A stretch of 64,000 nucleotides of DNA. It comes from Candidatus Poribacteria bacterium. Its GTDB lineage: Bacteria; Poribacteria; WGA-4E; WGA-3G. The stretch is from assembly GCA_965198235.1 (NCBI GenBank), contig OZ240248.1, forward strand, positions 2,048,001-2,112,000, written 5' to 3'. Of the stretch, positions 61,257 through 64,000 are shown piece after piece; within the stretch, counting starts at the first letter, position 1, and every line of letters starts with the position of its first letter. Below the pieces are notes generated by a model. The model was not told where the DNA came from. It did not search any database and worked only from the letters and a program-made list of their open reading frames with translations. Position numbers and translations under genes: made by a program.

Positions 61257-63194
61257 ATGGCTAACGGAAACGGGAAACCCAACAAGGTTAAACAACTTGT
61301 CAAACCGCATATTCTACTGATTGGGCTGGTACTCGTCGCTTTTAATAGCTACTGGTGCCTGATGGGGACAGAAGTGTGGCACTCTACGCAGTTGACGATC
61401 GCCTCACTGTTCTTCAATGCGGTTTTCACCCTCTTCGTCTTCGTACTTGCCAATCTATTGCTACAGCGATTCCTGCCGCGTCTGGCGATGTCACAAGCCG
61501 ACTTGCAAACCATCTATGTGATGGTCGTGATGGTATCAACCATCAGCGGGCATACCATGATGGGGTACCTTATCCCCGTCCTCACGCATACATTTCAGTT
61601 CGCAACCCCCGAAAATGAGTGGCTATCGCTCTTTGGAAACAATATCCCCAGTTGGATCGCAATCAAAAGCCCACGTATCTTAGACGGGTTCTACAACGGC
61701 GATTCTACCCTCTACATCTCTGCTACGCTAAACGCATGGATCCCGCCGGTGCTTGCTTGGTCGAGTTTCGTTATCGCGCTCTGGCTGACGTTATTAGCGG
61801 TAACGATCTTTCTCCGAAAACAGTGGACGGAAAATGAACGGTTGAACTATCCGATCGTCCAACTCCCGTTGGCATTGACGAGTAACCCAAAACGCTTTTT
61901 TACTTCGCCGTGGATGTGGCTCGGTTTTGCACTTGCGGGGAGTGCAGAATTGCTAAATGGGCTAAGTTTCCTGTTTCCAGAAATCCCCTCCCTACCTATC
62001 AGAAACAGAACGCTTGGACAATTCAGTTCAAAGCCGTGGAGTGCGATGGGACCCATTCGTATCTCCTTCTATCCATTTAGCATCGGGTTGATGTTCTTCA
62101 CGCCGCTGGATCTCTCGTTTTCGTGCTGGTTTTTCTGGTTACTGACCCGTGTTCAGATGATAGTGACAGATATGCTCGGCGCACGCGATATCTATAGGTT
62201 TGAACAGCAGACGGGTGCTTGGATTGCGTTTGGATGCATCCCGTTATGGATGGGACGACGGCACTATGGACGTATTATCCGTAAAGTTTTCGGAATCGCA
62301 CAACGCCGCGGCGAACCACCACCTGACGATTCTGGAGAACCGATGCGCTATCGGACTGCAGCGGGCCTGTTCGCCGTAGGGTTGATGTGCCTTTTCTTCT
62401 TCTGTTTTCAAATGGGGATGACCTTCTGGGCAATCGGACTCTTTTTTTTCTTCTACTTTCCAATGATTATCGGCATCACCCGTGTTCGCGCCGAAATTGG
62501 ACCGCCACTTCATCAACTCATCCTTGTCGATCCAGGAAGGACGATGGTCCTGGCGTTAGGCACACGCCGACTCGGTGCCGCCAATCTGACAGGCTTGACG
62601 TTCCTCTATCCCTTTGTTCGCTGTTTCCGGGCGCATCCGACGCCGAGTGAATTGGAGGCGTTCCGTCTGGCAGAACGGAGCCAAATCGGGTATCGACAAC
62701 TGCTCATCGGGATGATCTTGGCGATTGTGTTCGGTATCCTGATAACGTTCTGGGCGTACCTGCACGTCCTCTACGATATGGGAGCAGGCAGCAAAGCACG
62801 CGGCTGGATTATCTATATGGGGTGGGAAACATTTAACCGCTTGCAAACATGGCTTGTCAGTCCGCGAGAGACGGGCGGACCGGAACTCGGCGTTATCGGC
62901 AGCAGCTTCCTGTTTACGATATTCCTGATGATTATGAAGATCCGGTTTCTCTGGTGGCCGTTACACCCTGGCGGTTATGTGTTAGTCAGTGGCACCGGGA
63001 TGGGAAGATTATGGTTTACAATCTTCCTGAGTTGGTTAGCGAAGGCAATCGTGTTAAAGATTGGCGGTGTGAAACTTTACCGACAAGCCGTGCCGTTCTT
63101 TTTGGGGCTAATCTTAGGGGACTACACGCTCGGGTGTGTCTGGAGCCTCATCGGACTGGTGCTGGAAATACCGACCTATATTGTGTGGCATTGA
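61257..63194 (+). CDS. Large polytopic membrane protein (DUF6785/OPT-like putative peptide transporter)
   Basis: Many TM helices, LRKQW...ERLNYP, RVRAE.GPP, WWPLHP.GY, PFFLGLILGD. Confidence 0.75.
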   Translation: MANGNGKPNKVKQLVKPHILLIGLVLVAFNSYWCLMGTEVWHSTQLTIASLFFNAVFTLFVFVLANLLLQRFLPRLAMSQADLQTIYVMVVMVSTISGHTMMGYLIPVLTHTFQFATPENEWLSLFGNNIPSWIAIKSPRILDGFYNGDSTLYISATLNAWIPPVLAWSSFVIALWLTLLAVTIFLRKQWTENERLNYPIVQLPLALTSNPKRFFTSPWMWLGFALAGSAELLNGLSFLFPEIPSLPIRNRTLGQFSSKPWSAMGPIRISFYPFSIGLMFFTPLDLSFSCWFFWLLTRVQMIVTDMLGARDIYRFEQQTGAWIAFGCIPLWMGRRHYGRIIRKVFGIAQRRGEPPPDDSGEPMRYRTAAGLFAVGLMCLFFFCFQMGMTFWAIGLFFFFYFPMIIGITRVRAEIGPPLHQLILVDPGRTMVLALGTRRLGAANLTGLTFLYPFVRCFRAHPTPSELEAFRLAERSQIGYRQLLIGMILAIVFGILITFWAYLHVLYDMGAGSKARGWIIYMGWETFNRLQTWLVSPRETGGPELGVIGSSFLFTIFLMIMKIRFLWWPLHPGGYVLVSGTGMGRLWFTIFLSWLAKAIVLKIGGVKLYRQAVPFFLGLILGDYTLGCVWSLIGLVLEIPTYIVWH

Positions 63195-63267
63195 GGCACA
63201 TCTCCGCTTGCAAACTTACCCAAAACACAGTATAATAGACGGAAACTTGTGCTGAGGTGCTACTCAA

Positions 63268-64000
63268 TTGAGCGACGTTCCCAAAACACATCCCCGATAC
63301 CTTTCATTGACATTACGAGATACCATCGTTGCAGGCGTAGAACAAGGGATTACCTCTGTCCACGGCTTGATCGCGCACGGACGTGGCGAGGCTTTCGATT
63401 ACCTCATCGGGGAAGCGACACAACCGTTCGCAACGGAGGCGATCCACGCTGCCGCGGCGATGCTCCACCTTGCCGAACACCCTGTCATCTCCGTCAACGG
63501 GAATGTGGCAGCGTTGGCACCTGAAAGACTCATCGAACTGGGAAAAGTCCTGAACGCACCTTTAGAAGTGAACATCTTTCATACAGAAACAGGACGGGAA
63601 CAAAAAATCCGAGAGTATCTACTGAAGCACGGCGCGCCGGACGTGCTGATGCCTACAACCGAGGCACAACTCTCCTATATCGACTCCAATCGGAAGTTCG
63701 TGCATCCAGAGGGCATTTTTAAAGCGGATGTCGTCTTCGTGCCACTTGAGGACGGCGACCGATGCGAAGCACTTCGGAAGATGGGCAAAGCGGTCGTGAC
63801 CGTCGATCTGAACCCGATGTCGCGCACCGCGAAACAAGCAAGTATCACAATCGTGGATAACGTCGTGCGAGCATTACCTCTGTTATGCGAAGAGATTCGG
63901 AACCTCAACGATCCCACAGCACAGGACACTCTGAAAAGATATAGCAACGAAGCGGTGTTACAGGAAGCGTTACGGCACATCAGCGGGAGCGGGAATGACT
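63268..64000 (+). CDS. Archaeal-type 4-phosphopantoate--beta-alanine ligase (phosphopantothenate synthetase); runs to the window edge
   Basis: Manual translation from TTG 63268 (GAGGTG RBS): VPKTHPRYLSL, GLIAHGRGEAFDYLIGE, PVISVNGN, VPLEDGDRCEAL, DLNPMSRT, IVDNVVRA. Confidence 0.92.
   Translation, partial: MSDVPKTHPRYLSLTLRDTIVAGVEQGITSVHGLIAHGRGEAFDYLIGEATQPFATEAIHAAAAMLHLAEHPVISVNGNVAALAPERLIELGKVLNAPLEVNIFHTETGREQKIREYLLKHGAPDVLMPTTEAQLSYIDSNRKFVHPEGIFKADVVFVPLEDGDRCEALRKMGKAVVTVDLNPMSRTAKQASITIVDNVVRALPLLCEEIRNLNDPTAQDTLKRYSNEAVLQEALRHISGSGND

Overview
Bacterial chromosomal window, about 50% GC and mostly minus-strand genes. The gene style (Uma2 paralogues, ECF-sigma/beta-propeller fusion, secreted proteins ending in '...LTTTWGxLK', DUF6785-like membrane protein, many Gfo/Idh/MocA enzymes) suggests Candidatus Poribacteria; this is an inference. 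Core content: a tetrapyrrole cluster (hemB, hemL, polyprenyl synthase, SirC/CysG-like, ccsA, hemA, hemC, cobA-hemD), rtcB, ppdK, a complete Pup-proteasome locus (arc/mpa-dop-pup-prcB-prcA-pafA) just downstream of lolA-pgsA-thpR-recA, metH, and an archaeal-type phosphopantothenate synthetase that the ORF track missed at the right edge. Two TnpA-less IS200/IS605 elements carry catalytically intact TnpB. The most unusual signals are non-coding. (1) A strand-biased A/C-rich module (GAAATCCGCA-GAAACACCCAAGC-AAAAACCCCTATC) is inserted, in variable concatemers, into several unrelated repeat and palindrome families, with filled and empty alleles both visible; a second module family behaves similarly. 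(2) A covarying multi-stem RNA sits in the 5' leader of both tnpB genes. (3) A sigma54-promoted, ~135-nt rod-like RNA lies downstream of rtcB. All calls were made by eye without database searches, and repeat boundaries are approximate.
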